Part shown: positions 18,240 to 28,298 of the stretch, in pieces
How positions within the stretch are numbered: position 1 is the stretch's first letter
How the letters are laid out: every line of letters begins with the position of its first letter
NCBI GenBank assembly: GCA_001730085.1
Contig: MDLB01000106.1
Location: 12,137-76,136, forward strand
DNA: 64,000 nucleotides
DNA from: PVC group bacterium (ex Bugula neritina AB1)
Lineage (GTDB): Bacteria > GCA-001730085
Direction: 5' to 3'
The notes under the pieces: generated by a model
Database searches by the model: none
Told to the model about the DNA's origin: nothing
What the model saw: the letters and a program-made list of their open reading frames with translations, nothing else
Translations under genes and position numbers: made by a program

Positions 18240-18512
18240 TCTTCTTAAAAAAAAACAGGAAGTTAAGATATATTTTTTATGGGAAAGTTTAGAGCAGAAA
18301 AACTGTAATAGTTTTTAGATGAGATCGTTGCAAAATTTCCGATAGGGCTTCTTGATAGATTTTTTAACAGTCTTGTTTTTAGAAAAGTACATGCTTAGTG
18401 AGAATATACTTTTTTATAGTAACAAACTTAAAAAACAGATGGAAGAAGTATGAGAAATTTTTCAGCGGTTTCTATATATTAATGTTTTATTTAGAAATTT
18501 TGGAGTTAATTA

Positions 18513-21218
18513 ATGAATACGAGTAAAAAAAAGAAATTAAAAATAGGAAGTTCTGAATGGAGCTATTTTGACTTAAAGGCTGTTGAAGAAGAATCAAGTG
18601 GAAAAGAGAATAAAGTTTCTCTTGAAAATATTCCGTATTCGATAAGAGTCTTACTGGAGTCTGCATTAAGAAATAATGATGGTTTTCAAGTTACGGACAA
18701 AGATGTTGATGCATTGGCTCATTGGTCCCCTGAAACGGCTGGTCAGACAGAAATTGCTTTTAAACCTGGACGTGTTGTTTTGCAAGACTTTACAGGGGTT
18801 CCTTGTTTGGTGGACTTGGCAGCGATGAGATCGGCTCTTAAGAGGATGGGTGGAGATTCAAAAAAAATTAACCCACAAGTGGCTTGTGACTTAGTGATTG
18901 ATCATTCCGTACAGGTTGACCACTTTGGGGATGAAAATTCCCTTAAAAAAAATATGGATATAGAATTTCAAAGGAATCAAGAGAGGTATGACTTTTTGAA
19001 GTGGGGTCAAAATGCTTTTGATCATTTTAGAATTGTTCCTCCTGGGAGAGGTATTGTTCATCAAGTGAACTTAGAGTGTTTAGCTGAGTCTGTTTTGAAA
19101 AAGATAACACCCGAAGATACGCTTATTTTTCCCGATAGTGTTGTTGGGACCGATAGTCATACAACAATGATCAATGGATTAGGAGTTGTTGGATGGGGCG
19201 TTGGAGGTATTGAGGCTGAATCGGTTATGCTTGGTGAGCCGATCTATATGGTTATGCCAGAGGTTATAGGTGTAGAGTTGAAGGGATCTTTAAAAGAGGG
19301 GGTCACTTCGACAGACTTAGTATTAACCATTACAGAGATGCTTCGTAAGCGAAATGTTGTAGGAAAATTCGTCGAATTTTATGGGCAAGGCGTGGCAGAT
19401 ATGAGTTTGGCTAACCGTGCAACCATAGCAAACATGGCGCCTGAATATGGCGCTACAATGGGGTTTTTTCCAACAGATGAAGAGACATTAAAATACCTTA
19501 AAGTCACAGGTAGAGATGAAAATCATATAGAGATGGTTAGAGCATATATGAAATCTCAAGGGCTTTTTTATGAAAAAAGTCTTCCTATTCCTACTTATAG
19601 TGACAATTTGTGTTTAGACGTAAGCACCGTTAACCCTTCTTTAGCAGGACCCAAAAGACCTCACGATCGTGTAGAACTTTCTTCTATGAGTAATGCTTTT
19701 TTAAAGTCTTTGGAAGCGAGCGTGGCAAAAGGTGGTTTCGGTTTGTCGAAGGAAAAAGCTCAGATCCCAAAAAGTTTAGATGCTGAAAAGGGGGAAATGT
19801 CACATGGTTCAGTGGCGATTGCTGCGATAACAAGCTGTACGAATACATCGAATCCGTCTGTTTTGATTGCTGCGGGCCTTGTTGCTCAAAAAGCTGTCGA
19901 AAGAGGTTTAAAAGTTAAACCTTTTGTTAAGACAAGTTTAGCTCCTGGATCTACGGTTGTAACCTCTTATTTAGAAAAAGCGAAACTTCTTGCGCCTCTC
20001 CAAGAACTAGGATTTAACATTGTTGGGTATGGTTGCACAACCTGTATAGGGAATAGTGGTCCATTGTCTGAAGAGTTCGCTAAGGTGATTCGAGATAAAG
20101 ACTTGGTTGTAGCAAGTGTTTTAAGTGGTAACAGGAACTTCGAAGGACGGATCAGTCCTTTGGTTAAAGCAAATTACTTAGCATCACCACCCTTGGTTGT
20201 TGCCTATTCTTTGCTTGGATCTGTGGCTAAAGATATATATACGGAATCTTTAGGTAAGGATAGTGAAGGGCAAGATGTTTATTTGAAAGATATTTGGCCT
20301 ACACAAGGTGAAATAGAGAAGATGGTTTCAAAAGTGATAACAGTTGAACAGTTTGTGAGTATGAAAGAGAAACTTTTTGTAGGGGATAAACAGTGGCAGG
20401 ATATAGAGACATCTGATGCAAGTCTTTATACTTGGAAAGAAGATAGCTCTTATATCAAAGAGCCACCCTTTTTTGAAGGTCAAGATGATGAGTCAAGAGA
20501 TATTTTACCTGTAAAAAAAGCACGTGTTTTACTAAAGCTTGGTGACTCTGTAACAACCGATCATATCTCTCCAGCTGGAGCGATAAAGGAAGATAGTCCT
20601 GCTGGTGCCTTTTTAAAATCAATGGGCGTTTCTTCTAAAGACTTTAACAGTTATGGGTCCCGTAGAGGTAACGATAGCGTTATGACACGTGGAACATTTG
20701 CCAATATTCGTTTGCGAAACCACTTGGCCGATGGTCGAGAAGGTGGTTGGACAAAGTATTTTCCAGATAATGAGCTGATGACTGTTTATGATGCTAGTTT
20801 AAAGTACCGATCTACGCAGACCCCTCTTATTGTATTAGCGGGTAAGGATTATGGTACAGGCTCAAGTAGAGACTGGGCTGCTAAAGGGACATCTCTTTTA
20901 GGAGTAAAGGTTGTAATTGCTGAAAGCTTCGAGAGAATACACAGAAGTAACTTGGTGGGTATGGGTGTTTTACCTCTTCAGTTTATGGAAGGGGAGTCAT
21001 CTGAAAGCCTCGGATTAGAGGGTGATGAAATTTTTGACTTCTCTATTTCTAGTGAAGAGTTAAAACCAAAAGCCACGGTGTCTGTTCTTGCCCAAAACAA
21101 TACGGGTGAAGTATTTACCTTTAACGCAAAGGCTCGGGTTGATACTCCGGTTGAGGTTGATTATTTGCATAATGGAGGAATACTGCAAACTGTTTTAAAA
21201 AAATTAATGAATAAGTGA
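18513..21218 (+). CDS. acnA: Aconitate hydratase A (901 aa)
   Basis: SCTNTSNP and GCTTCIGNSG Fe-S ligand motifs, DHISPAG, overall AcnA/IRP length. Confidence 0.95.
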   Translation: MNTSKKKKLKIGSSEWSYFDLKAVEEESSGKENKVSLENIPYSIRVLLESALRNNDGFQVTDKDVDALAHWSPETAGQTEIAFKPGRVVLQDFTGVPCLVDLAAMRSALKRMGGDSKKINPQVACDLVIDHSVQVDHFGDENSLKKNMDIEFQRNQERYDFLKWGQNAFDHFRIVPPGRGIVHQVNLECLAESVLKKITPEDTLIFPDSVVGTDSHTTMINGLGVVGWGVGGIEAESVMLGEPIYMVMPEVIGVELKGSLKEGVTSTDLVLTITEMLRKRNVVGKFVEFYGQGVADMSLANRATIANMAPEYGATMGFFPTDEETLKYLKVTGRDENHIEMVRAYMKSQGLFYEKSLPIPTYSDNLCLDVSTVNPSLAGPKRPHDRVELSSMSNAFLKSLEASVAKGGFGLSKEKAQIPKSLDAEKGEMSHGSVAIAAITSCTNTSNPSVLIAAGLVAQKAVERGLKVKPFVKTSLAPGSTVVTSYLEKAKLLAPLQELGFNIVGYGCTTCIGNSGPLSEEFAKVIRDKDLVVASVLSGNRNFEGRISPLVKANYLASPPLVVAYSLLGSVAKDIYTESLGKDSEGQDVYLKDIWPTQGEIEKMVSKVITVEQFVSMKEKLFVGDKQWQDIETSDASLYTWKEDSSYIKEPPFFEGQDDESRDILPVKKARVLLKLGDSVTTDHISPAGAIKEDSPAGAFLKSMGVSSKDFNSYGSRRGNDSVMTRGTFANIRLRNHLADGREGGWTKYFPDNELMTVYDASLKYRSTQTPLIVLAGKDYGTGSSRDWAAKGTSLLGVKVVIAESFERIHRSNLVGMGVLPLQFMEGESSESLGLEGDEIFDFSISSEELKPKATVSVLAQNNTGEVFTFNAKARVDTPVEVDYLHNGGILQTVLKKLMNK

Positions 21219-21228
21219 TTGAAAAGAG

Positions 21229-21257
21229 AAATTTAATTTTTAAAATAAATTAAATTT
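21229..21257. repeat. Perfect 11-bp inverted repeat, all A/T, 7-nt loop
   Basis: AAATTTAATTT (21229-21239) pairs with AAATTAAATTT (21247-21257). It sits between the acnA stop and the 3' end of the minus-strand ORF pair. It may be a weak bidirectional terminator, but the function is not shown. Confidence 0.5.
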
Positions 21258-21612
21258 GAATGTATGACTCAATGACCTCTCTTTTTTTAAGAAATCTATA
21301 GCTTTTTTAATGATAAGGTTGTTCAAAGAAATAAGGCTGTTGCGAACACATTTTTTGTCAAATAGGGATTTGTTTTGTAACTGTCTTAGAGAAATAATAC
21401 GTATGATCTTTAGAATTTGCTTAACTTTTGAGGCAGGACGATGCAAAAAATGATAAAATGTATTCGAAATACTTCTTTTGATTTTTTTCTATAGAGGTGA
21501 AAACCAATTTTTTGATCATAGACCCTTGTTGGTCTTTATAGATTCCGTGTTTGAGTAATACGATTACTTTTAATTTTCGTAAAACTAAACTTTGTCTAAA
21601 GTGAAAAATCAA
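21240..21612 (-). pseudogene. Small unknown gene split by a 1-nt frameshift at an A6/T6 run
   Basis: ORFs 21421..21612 and 21240..21446 lie on the same strand, in frames differing by 1, and meet at the homopolymer 21445-21450. Both use TTG starts in the track. 373 nt free of stops apart from the shift is unusual for AT-rich spacer. Confidence 0.35.
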
Positions 21613-21792
21613 AAAACAGATAAAGAAGGAATTTCGAGGGTTTGATTTTTCTCATAATGTTTTTATTAGATTTGTTGAGGATTTTCTCCCCCGCTTTAAT
21701 GTGGTGATTTGTGCAAAGGCCTCGAAAGATAACATCTCTTTGTTTAAATAGAGTTTTTAAAGCCGGCTTAAATAGTGAAAGGTTGATTTGAT

Positions 21793-22806
21793 ATGATTAT
21801 TATTTTTAAAACAAGTGCTACCCAGGACCAAGTGGCACATGTTGTTGAAAAAGTTCAAGAGTTGAAATTGAACCCGATGGTTGCACGTGGAACGTTGAAG
21901 ACGGTTATTAATGTTCTTGGAGATGAAGAAGTTATTCGAGAGGCCCCGTTACAAACTTTTCCTGGGGTTGAAAAAGTGATCCCAGTGATGAAGAAGTATA
22001 AACTTGTTTCACGAGAAGGACATGATCAAAAAACGGTTGTTCAGATCGGAGAAAATGCACGTCTTGGAGATGGCAAACTATCTGTTATTGCTGGTCCATG
22101 TTCCGTTGAAAGCCGAGATCAGCTTTTTGGCATCGCCGGTAAAGTTGTTAAATCTGGAGCGATTGCTGTTAGAGGGGGTGCCTTTAAGCCGAGAACGTCT
22201 CCATATTCTTTCCAAGGGTTGGGAGAGGAAGGCTTGAAATACTTGCAGGAAATGAGTCAGGAGTTTTCTGTGCCTTGTGTAACAGAAGTCATGGATAATC
22301 GTGATGTTGACTTAGTTGTAAAGTATGCCGATGTTTTGCAAGTTGGTGCGAGAAATATGCAAAACTTTAGTTTGTTGAAACAGTTGGGTCAATGTGGCAA
22401 GCCCGTTATTCTTAAAAGGGGAATGTCTGCTACAATTGAAGATCTTTTACAGGCAGCTGAATATATCGCAGCTTCTGGTAATCTTAATATCGTTTTATGT
22501 GAAAGAGGTATCCGTACTTTCGAAACAGCTATCAGGAACTCTTTTGATGTTAGCTCTGTTCCAGTATTAAAATCTTTGACACACCTTCCCATTATTATTG
22601 ATCCGAGTCATGCTGCGGGTGTTTGGGAATATGTCGCACCTTTGGCTTTTGCTGGGGTAGCTGCTGGAGCTGATGGTGTTATTGTTGAAGTTCATGAAGA
22701 GCCGGAAAAAGCTTTATCTGATGGTCCTCAGGCGTTATTACCTGCAAAGTTTGAATCGCTTATGTTGAAGATGAACGCTATTGCTGACATAGTGAAAGAG
22801 GGATAG
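21793..22806 (+). CDS. aroF: 3-deoxy-7-phosphoheptulonate (DAHP) synthase, type I-beta, with N-terminal ferredoxin-like regulatory domain
   Basis: 337 aa. N-terminal ~65-aa regulatory domain, then the KDO8P/DAHP-synthase barrel (IAGPCSVES, GAFKPRTSPYSFQG, DPSH). Length and layout match the Thermotoga-type enzyme as I recall it. Confidence 0.85.
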   Translation: MIIIFKTSATQDQVAHVVEKVQELKLNPMVARGTLKTVINVLGDEEVIREAPLQTFPGVEKVIPVMKKYKLVSREGHDQKTVVQIGENARLGDGKLSVIAGPCSVESRDQLFGIAGKVVKSGAIAVRGGAFKPRTSPYSFQGLGEEGLKYLQEMSQEFSVPCVTEVMDNRDVDLVVKYADVLQVGARNMQNFSLLKQLGQCGKPVILKRGMSATIEDLLQAAEYIAASGNLNIVLCERGIRTFETAIRNSFDVSSVPVLKSLTHLPIIIDPSHAAGVWEYVAPLAFAGVAAGADGVIVEVHEEPEKALSDGPQALLPAKFESLMLKMNAIADIVKEG

Positions 22807-23121
22807 TTAGCTATTTGTGCTAAAAGAATGACACGATTGGAGAATAGATCTCACATTTTTTTGGATTTTGTATGAATTTTTTACTTTAAAAATGGTTGTT
22901 ATTTTAAGTAAATATTAATTTATTTCAAAATAAAAAAGATCATAAAGATTATTTAAAAGATATTGTTCTATTTTTTCAAATGACTCCATATTTTTTCTTA
23001 AAAGAAGATTCAGGAAAGAGTATGTCGTATTTTGTAAAGATTATAGGTATATAAAATATTTTCCAAGAGTTGAAATGTTTTTGCGTATTATTGAGATTGA
23101 TTTTTAAAGTTTTGAGGAAAT

Positions 23122-23865
23122 ATGATCAAGATTGATAAAATCACAAAGTCTTTTGGGGCTAAAACGGTTTACTCAGACTTTAGTTTGGATATCCCTACGG
23201 GATCTTTTTTGGCTGTTTTAGGTCGAAGCGGGACAGGAAAAAGTGTTTTATTGAAAAACATTTTGGGGATCTTAAATCCGGAAATCGGGGACATATGGGT
23301 TAATGGCCTTTGTGTTAACCGTGCTTCTCAGAATGATTTGGATAAGATGAGAGAGAAGTGCTCCATTGTTTTTCAAGGGAGCGCTCTGTTCGACTCTTTA
23401 AAAGTTTGGGAAAATGTTTCGTTTGCGTTTCTTCAAAAAAAATCGTATTCAGAAAAGTACTGTCGAGAAATCGCTTATCGGAATTTAAAATGGGTAGGTC
23501 TTGAATCTTCGGCAGAGCTTTATCCTTCTGATTTGAGTGGAGGGATGCGTAAACGTGTCGCGATAGCTAGAGCTGTTTCTGTGAATCCAAAAATCATTTT
23601 GTACGATGAGCCCACAACGGGTTTAGATCCGATAACGACTAACATGATTAATGATCTTATGGCAGAGGTTCATGACAAGTTTAAAGCAACTTCTATTGTT
23701 GTTACGCATGACTTGGAAAGCATGTATAGAGTTTGTGATGAGGCGGCCATTTTGTATAATGGGAAATGTGTGTTTTATGGCCCAGTTAAGAATATTAAGA
23801 CTTCAAAAAATCCTTATGTTGAACAATTTTTGAAAGGTGATACCGATGGACCTATGGGGAGGTGA
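23122..23865 (+). CDS. mlaF: ABC transporter ATP-binding protein, MlaF-like
   Basis: Walker A GRSGTGKS, signature LSGGMRKR, Walker B ILYDEPT. Followed 6 nt later by an MCE-domain gene. Confidence 0.8.
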   Translation: MIKIDKITKSFGAKTVYSDFSLDIPTGSFLAVLGRSGTGKSVLLKNILGILNPEIGDIWVNGLCVNRASQNDLDKMREKCSIVFQGSALFDSLKVWENVSFAFLQKKSYSEKYCREIAYRNLKWVGLESSAELYPSDLSGGMRKRVAIARAVSVNPKIILYDEPTTGLDPITTNMINDLMAEVHDKFKATSIVVTHDLESMYRVCDEAAILYNGKCVFYGPVKNIKTSKNPYVEQFLKGDTDGPMGR

Positions 23866-23871
23866 GTATTT

Positions 23872-24810
23872 ATGAAAAAATCCTATTTGGAAATTAAAGT
23901 TGGCATTTTTATCATTTTTGCACTTTTCTTATTTGTAGTAGGTATTTTCTTTGTTCAAGATATTAAACTTTTTTCTGATCAACGTGAAGTTAAGGTTTTA
24001 TTTAAACATACAAATGGACTCGAAGTAGGTGCGCCTGCTTGTTACTCGGGTGTAAGAGTTGGTGAGGTTAACAATATTCGTATTTTATACGATGAGAATA
24101 TGGTTGAAGTTGCTGTTGGTTTAAATGATAAAGTTGTTTTAACCGAAAGTACTATAATAAGTATTAACAGCTGGGGTATTATGGGGGAGAAATATGTTGA
24201 GTTTATCATGGGAGAAGGAGATCCTTCCCTCTTGATAGATGAATCGCTACCTTTGATAGGTCAAAATCCGGTTTTAATGAGTGATATGGTGAGAGACTTT
24301 AAAGAATTTTCCACCAAAGTCAATAAGATGTTAAATACATTTAATGATATTTTAAGTAATCCTGAAACACAAAAAAATATTAAGTCGACGATTGAACAAA
24401 CAGCTCGTGCGGCAGAACATTTGAGCGAGTTAACGGAAATGATCTTCGAAGCGCTAAAGTCAAATAAAAATAATTTTAAAAAGACTATTGATAGTATTAA
24501 TAATACTTCTTTTAGCATTAATAATAATATGCTTATTTTGGAGAAACTATTGCAACGTATAGAAGAGGGAGAAGGATTTATTGGAAAGTTGATTTCAGAT
24601 GAATCTTTATATTTGCAAATAGAAGAGTTAATTGAAGATATTTCTTATCATCCTTGGAAACTTTTGATAAAGACAAAGAAAAAGAAAAAGAAAAAGGAAA
24701 AGGAAAAGGAAAAGGAAAAGAAAGAAAAGATTAAAATCCATCGGGCTTTTGAAAAAAAAACTCGCGCGCTTTTTCCCTCTAGCAGTAAACAACTTTTGTC
24801 ACGGCATTAA
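23872..24810 (+). CDS. mlaD: MCE/MlaD-like substrate-binding protein with helical C-terminal part and Lys/Glu repeat tail
   Basis: N-terminal TM (VGIFIIFALFLFVVGIFF), an MCE-like beta-barrel region, a long helical region, then KKKKKKKEKEKEKEKKEK. Confidence 0.7.
   Translation: MKKSYLEIKVGIFIIFALFLFVVGIFFVQDIKLFSDQREVKVLFKHTNGLEVGAPACYSGVRVGEVNNIRILYDENMVEVAVGLNDKVVLTESTIISINSWGIMGEKYVEFIMGEGDPSLLIDESLPLIGQNPVLMSDMVRDFKEFSTKVNKMLNTFNDILSNPETQKNIKSTIEQTARAAEHLSELTEMIFEALKSNKNNFKKTIDSINNTSFSINNNMLILEKLLQRIEEGEGFIGKLISDESLYLQIEELIEDISYHPWKLLIKTKKKKKKKEKEKEKEKKEKIKIHRAFEKKTRALFPSSSKQLLSRH
24675..24730 (+). repeat. 56-nt uninterrupted homopurine tract, hexanucleotide (GAAAAA/GGAAAA) microsatellite inside the mlaD-like CDS
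   Basis: aaagaaaaagaaaaagaaaaaggaaaaggaaaaggaaaaggaaaagaaagaaaaga read directly. The unit length is a multiple of 3, so the frame is kept. Confidence 0.9.
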
Positions 24811-24826
24811 AAAATGGTAAAAATTT

Positions 24827-26185
24827 ATGAAAACTAAGCAAGTTTATGTTTGTCAAGAATGTGGAGCGCAGAGTCCAAAATGGTCTGGAAAATGTTCCGA
24901 ATGTTTTGCTTGGAACAGCTTGGTCGAGGAAATAATAGAGTCTTCTAAAAACCGAAAGAGCTTTTCTACTGAAAAAGCCGTCCCAATTCAGTTGGCTAAC
25001 TTAAAAAAAGAGCAACATACACGTCTTTCTAGCGGTTTTTCTGAGCTCGACCGTCTTTTGGGAGGAGGTATTGTTCCTGGGTCCTTTGTTTTAATTGGAG
25101 GAGAGCCAGGGATAGGTAAGTCAACCTTACTATTGCAGGTTAGCTGGGCGTTGGCTGGCAAAAAGCACCATGTTTTGTATGTTAGTGGAGAAGAGTCTGT
25201 TTCCCAAATAAAAGATAGATCTTTACGGTTAGGTATCTCTGTGGACGATCTTTTTGTTTTGTCCGAAGTTAAACTTGAGATGATAGTTGAATGTATCAAG
25301 GAAACAAAACCTAGTTTTGTTATTATTGACTCGATCCAGATAATGTATAGGGAAGATATTTCATCGGCACCTGGGAGCGTGAGTCAAGTTAGAGAGTGCT
25401 CAAATACATTGATGCATGTGGCCAAAAGTTTAGATGTTTCTATTTTTGTTGTTGGACATGTGAACAAAGAAGGAAGCTTAGCTGGACCAAAAGTTTTAGA
25501 ACATATTGTGGACACAGTCCTCTATTTTGAAGGGGATAGACAGCATCTTTATCGCATTGTTCGTTCTGTGAAAAACCGTTTTGGGTCAACCCATGAAATG
25601 GCTATTTTTGAAATGAGAGATGTGGGGCTTTTAGAAGTGACAAATCCCTCTGAATTATTTTTGAGTGATAATGAAGAAAAAATCCCCGGCTCGGTTGTTG
25701 TTCCTTGTATGGAGGGGACTCGACCTCTTTTAGTAGAGGTTCAAGCGCTTTTGAGTGACTCTCATCAATTTGGGCACCCTCGCAGAGTTTCTACATTGAT
25801 TGATCATAATCGAGTATCTCTTTTGATCGCTATTTTTGAAAAGAGATTAGGTGTTTCTCTTGCTCAACAAGATGTTTTTATACACCTTGTCGGAGGCATA
25901 AAAATAAATGAGCCTGCGGCCGATTTAGGTGTTATGTTGGCTATGATGTCTAGCTTTCGAAACCTTTTTGTTTCTTCGCGCTTAGCTGTTTTTGGAGAAG
26001 TTGGGCTTGGAGGAGAGATAAGAAATGTTGCGTATGCGGAAAGGCGTATTTTGGAATCTGAAAGGTTGGGATTTGAAAAGTGTATTGTTCCAGCAAAGTC
26101 TGCGGAAGCTTATAAGGGGAAGTCAATGGAGGTTATAGGGGTTAAAACTGTAGCGGAAGCTATTGAAGAGGCCTTAGAATTATGA
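24827..26185 (+). CDS. radA: DNA repair protein RadA/Sms
   Basis: N-terminal zinc finger CQECGAQSPKWSGKCSEC, Walker A GEPGIGKST, KNRFG motif, Lon-like C-terminal domain. Confidence 0.93.
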   Translation: MKTKQVYVCQECGAQSPKWSGKCSECFAWNSLVEEIIESSKNRKSFSTEKAVPIQLANLKKEQHTRLSSGFSELDRLLGGGIVPGSFVLIGGEPGIGKSTLLLQVSWALAGKKHHVLYVSGEESVSQIKDRSLRLGISVDDLFVLSEVKLEMIVECIKETKPSFVIIDSIQIMYREDISSAPGSVSQVRECSNTLMHVAKSLDVSIFVVGHVNKEGSLAGPKVLEHIVDTVLYFEGDRQHLYRIVRSVKNRFGSTHEMAIFEMRDVGLLEVTNPSELFLSDNEEKIPGSVVVPCMEGTRPLLVEVQALLSDSHQFGHPRRVSTLIDHNRVSLLIAIFEKRLGVSLAQQDVFIHLVGGIKINEPAADLGVMLAMMSSFRNLFVSSRLAVFGEVGLGGEIRNVAYAERRILESERLGFEKCIVPAKSAEAYKGKSMEVIGVKTVAEAIEEALEL

Positions 26186-26664
26186 GAGTTGGTTTAGGAT
26201 TTGACATACATCAAACAGACGTTAGAAGGCCACTTGTTTTAGGTGGTGTGACGATTGACTCTCCTTTTGGCTTAAAAGGGCACTCTGATGCGGATGTTCT
26301 AACTCATGCTATTATTGATGCCTTGTTAGGAGCTGCAGCTTTAGGAGACATAGGTGAATTTTTTTCCGATACAGATGCCAAAAATTTAAATAGATCTAGT
26401 TTGGATATCTTATCTGAAACAGTAAAAATGTTACGTGAAAAAGGTTATTTTGTTGTAAATATTGATGCGACTATTATTGCTGAGAAACCTAAGCTCATGG
26501 ATTATAAATCTCAAATGATTTTATGTTTGTCATCTTGTTTGCAGGTGAGAAAGTCTTGTGTTAACGTTAAGGCCAAAACGCATGAAAAAATAGGGCCTTT
26601 AGGAAGATCTGAGGCGATTGAGGCGCAAGCCATTGTTTTGATTGATAAGGAGAAGAATATCTAA
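26182..26664 (+). CDS. ispF: 2-C-methyl-D-erythritol 2,4-cyclodiphosphate synthase
   Basis: RVGLGFDIH and GHSDADVLTHAIIDALLGA motifs. ATGA overlap with radA. Confidence 0.92.
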   Translation: MRVGLGFDIHQTDVRRPLVLGGVTIDSPFGLKGHSDADVLTHAIIDALLGAAALGDIGEFFSDTDAKNLNRSSLDILSETVKMLREKGYFVVNIDATIIAEKPKLMDYKSQMILCLSSCLQVRKSCVNVKAKTHEKIGPLGRSEAIEAQAIVLIDKEKNI

Positions 26665-28118
26665 TGGATGTTCGTGTACGTTTTGCACCAAGCCCCACGG
26701 GTTTAATGCATATGGGTAATGCGAGAACAGCTTTTTTCAATTGGCTTTTTGCTCGTAAAAATAATGGAAAGTTTATTTTAAGAATAGAAGATACAGATGT
26801 TGAAAGGTCAACCGATGTTTTTACCGAAGCTATAACGCAAGACCTGTCTTGGCTACATTTAAACTGGGATGAAGGATATGATAAAGGCGGGGAATATGGT
26901 CCTTACCGTCAAAAGGATAGAGGCGCTCTTTATCAAAAACACCTGAATGTTTTAAAAGAAAAAGGTGTTGTTTATCCTTGCTACTGTACGCCTGAAGATT
27001 TAGATGAGATGCGTAAAAATCAGATAGCTAAAGGTCAGATGCCAAGATACGATTCACGTTGCCGTTATCTTAAAGACTCTCAAAGAGATCAATATGAACG
27101 TGAAAATAAAAGTTTTGTTTGGAGATTTGCAGTCCCAAAGAGCACGATTGTTGTTCAAGATATGATCAGAGGAGATGTCACATTTGACTCGGATAGAGTT
27201 TCCGATTTTGTTTTAACGAAATCGAGTGGATCTGTGACGTTTCACTTTGCAGTTGCTGTTGATGATGCTTGTATGAAAATTTCTCATGTTATTCGAGGAG
27301 AGGATCACTTAACGAATACCGCAAAGCATGTTCTTCTTTTTGATGCATTGAGCTATGAAAGGCCAAAATTTGCTCATATGCCAATGATCTTGGGACCAGA
27401 TGGCTCTAAGTTGAGTAAAAGAAATGGGCTTTCGTCTCTGGCTGATTATCGCAAGCAAGGTTTTTTGCCAGAAGCTATTTTGAACTATATGTCTTTTTTA
27501 GGTTGGGCACCCCAAAAATATGAAGATAAAGAAATCTTTTCGTTAGGTGAGTTATCAAAGTATTTTGATGTAGGTGATATTGGAAAATCTCCTTCAATGT
27601 TTGACTTCGTCAAGCTTAAGTGGGTTAACTCTAAATACTTAAGTCGCTTAGATATAGATCACCTAACAACAATGGCTCTTCCTTTATTAAGGGAGTCAGA
27701 GTTTATTAAGGATGATGTTAGTGAAGAAAATTTTGTCCAAGTTAAAAATATTGTGGCTCTTGTTCAAGATCAAATCAACTCTCTAAGTGAATTACCTAGC
27801 TTATGTGAAATGTATTTTAAAGATACTTTGACTCACGAAGACCCTGAGGTGAAGGTTGTCTTGGAAGAGCGCACAAATAAAGAAATTTTATTAACTTTTA
27901 AAGAAATATTAAAAGACTTAGAAGAGTTCTCAGATAAAAACTTAAAAGAAACATTTAAGATGGTTCAAAAAAAAATAGGGGTTAAAGGAAAAGCCTTGTA
28001 TCTCCCTATCCGTCTGGCTTTGAGTTCAAAGATGGATGGTGCTGAGCTTTATAAAATGATTCAAGTTTTAGGAAAAAAACGTTGTATAGATAGGATTAAT
28101 AAAGCGATCCTCTTATGA
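26664..28118 (+). CDS. gltX: Glutamate--tRNA ligase
   Basis: RFAPSPTGLMHMGNARTA (HIGH-type) and KLSKR. TAATG 1-nt overlap with ispF. Confidence 0.93.
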   Translation: MDVRVRFAPSPTGLMHMGNARTAFFNWLFARKNNGKFILRIEDTDVERSTDVFTEAITQDLSWLHLNWDEGYDKGGEYGPYRQKDRGALYQKHLNVLKEKGVVYPCYCTPEDLDEMRKNQIAKGQMPRYDSRCRYLKDSQRDQYERENKSFVWRFAVPKSTIVVQDMIRGDVTFDSDRVSDFVLTKSSGSVTFHFAVAVDDACMKISHVIRGEDHLTNTAKHVLLFDALSYERPKFAHMPMILGPDGSKLSKRNGLSSLADYRKQGFLPEAILNYMSFLGWAPQKYEDKEIFSLGELSKYFDVGDIGKSPSMFDFVKLKWVNSKYLSRLDIDHLTTMALPLLRESEFIKDDVSEENFVQVKNIVALVQDQINSLSELPSLCEMYFKDTLTHEDPEVKVVLEERTNKEILLTFKEILKDLEEFSDKNLKETFKMVQKKIGVKGKALYLPIRLALSSKMDGAELYKMIQVLGKKRCIDRINKAILL

Positions 28119-28298
28119 TAAAAGACTTTTGAAAAGGGCATCCGATATTTTTGTGAAGAGGTTTTTTTTAGCAGGATGAATACGACTAATCTGATTTGAC
28201 AGTAAAATCTTTTATATGCTATTCTTACCACGATGACCCTTTTGATTTGTGGACATGAAATGCCTATTTGTATATATTTAATTAGGGGCGATTTTTTT

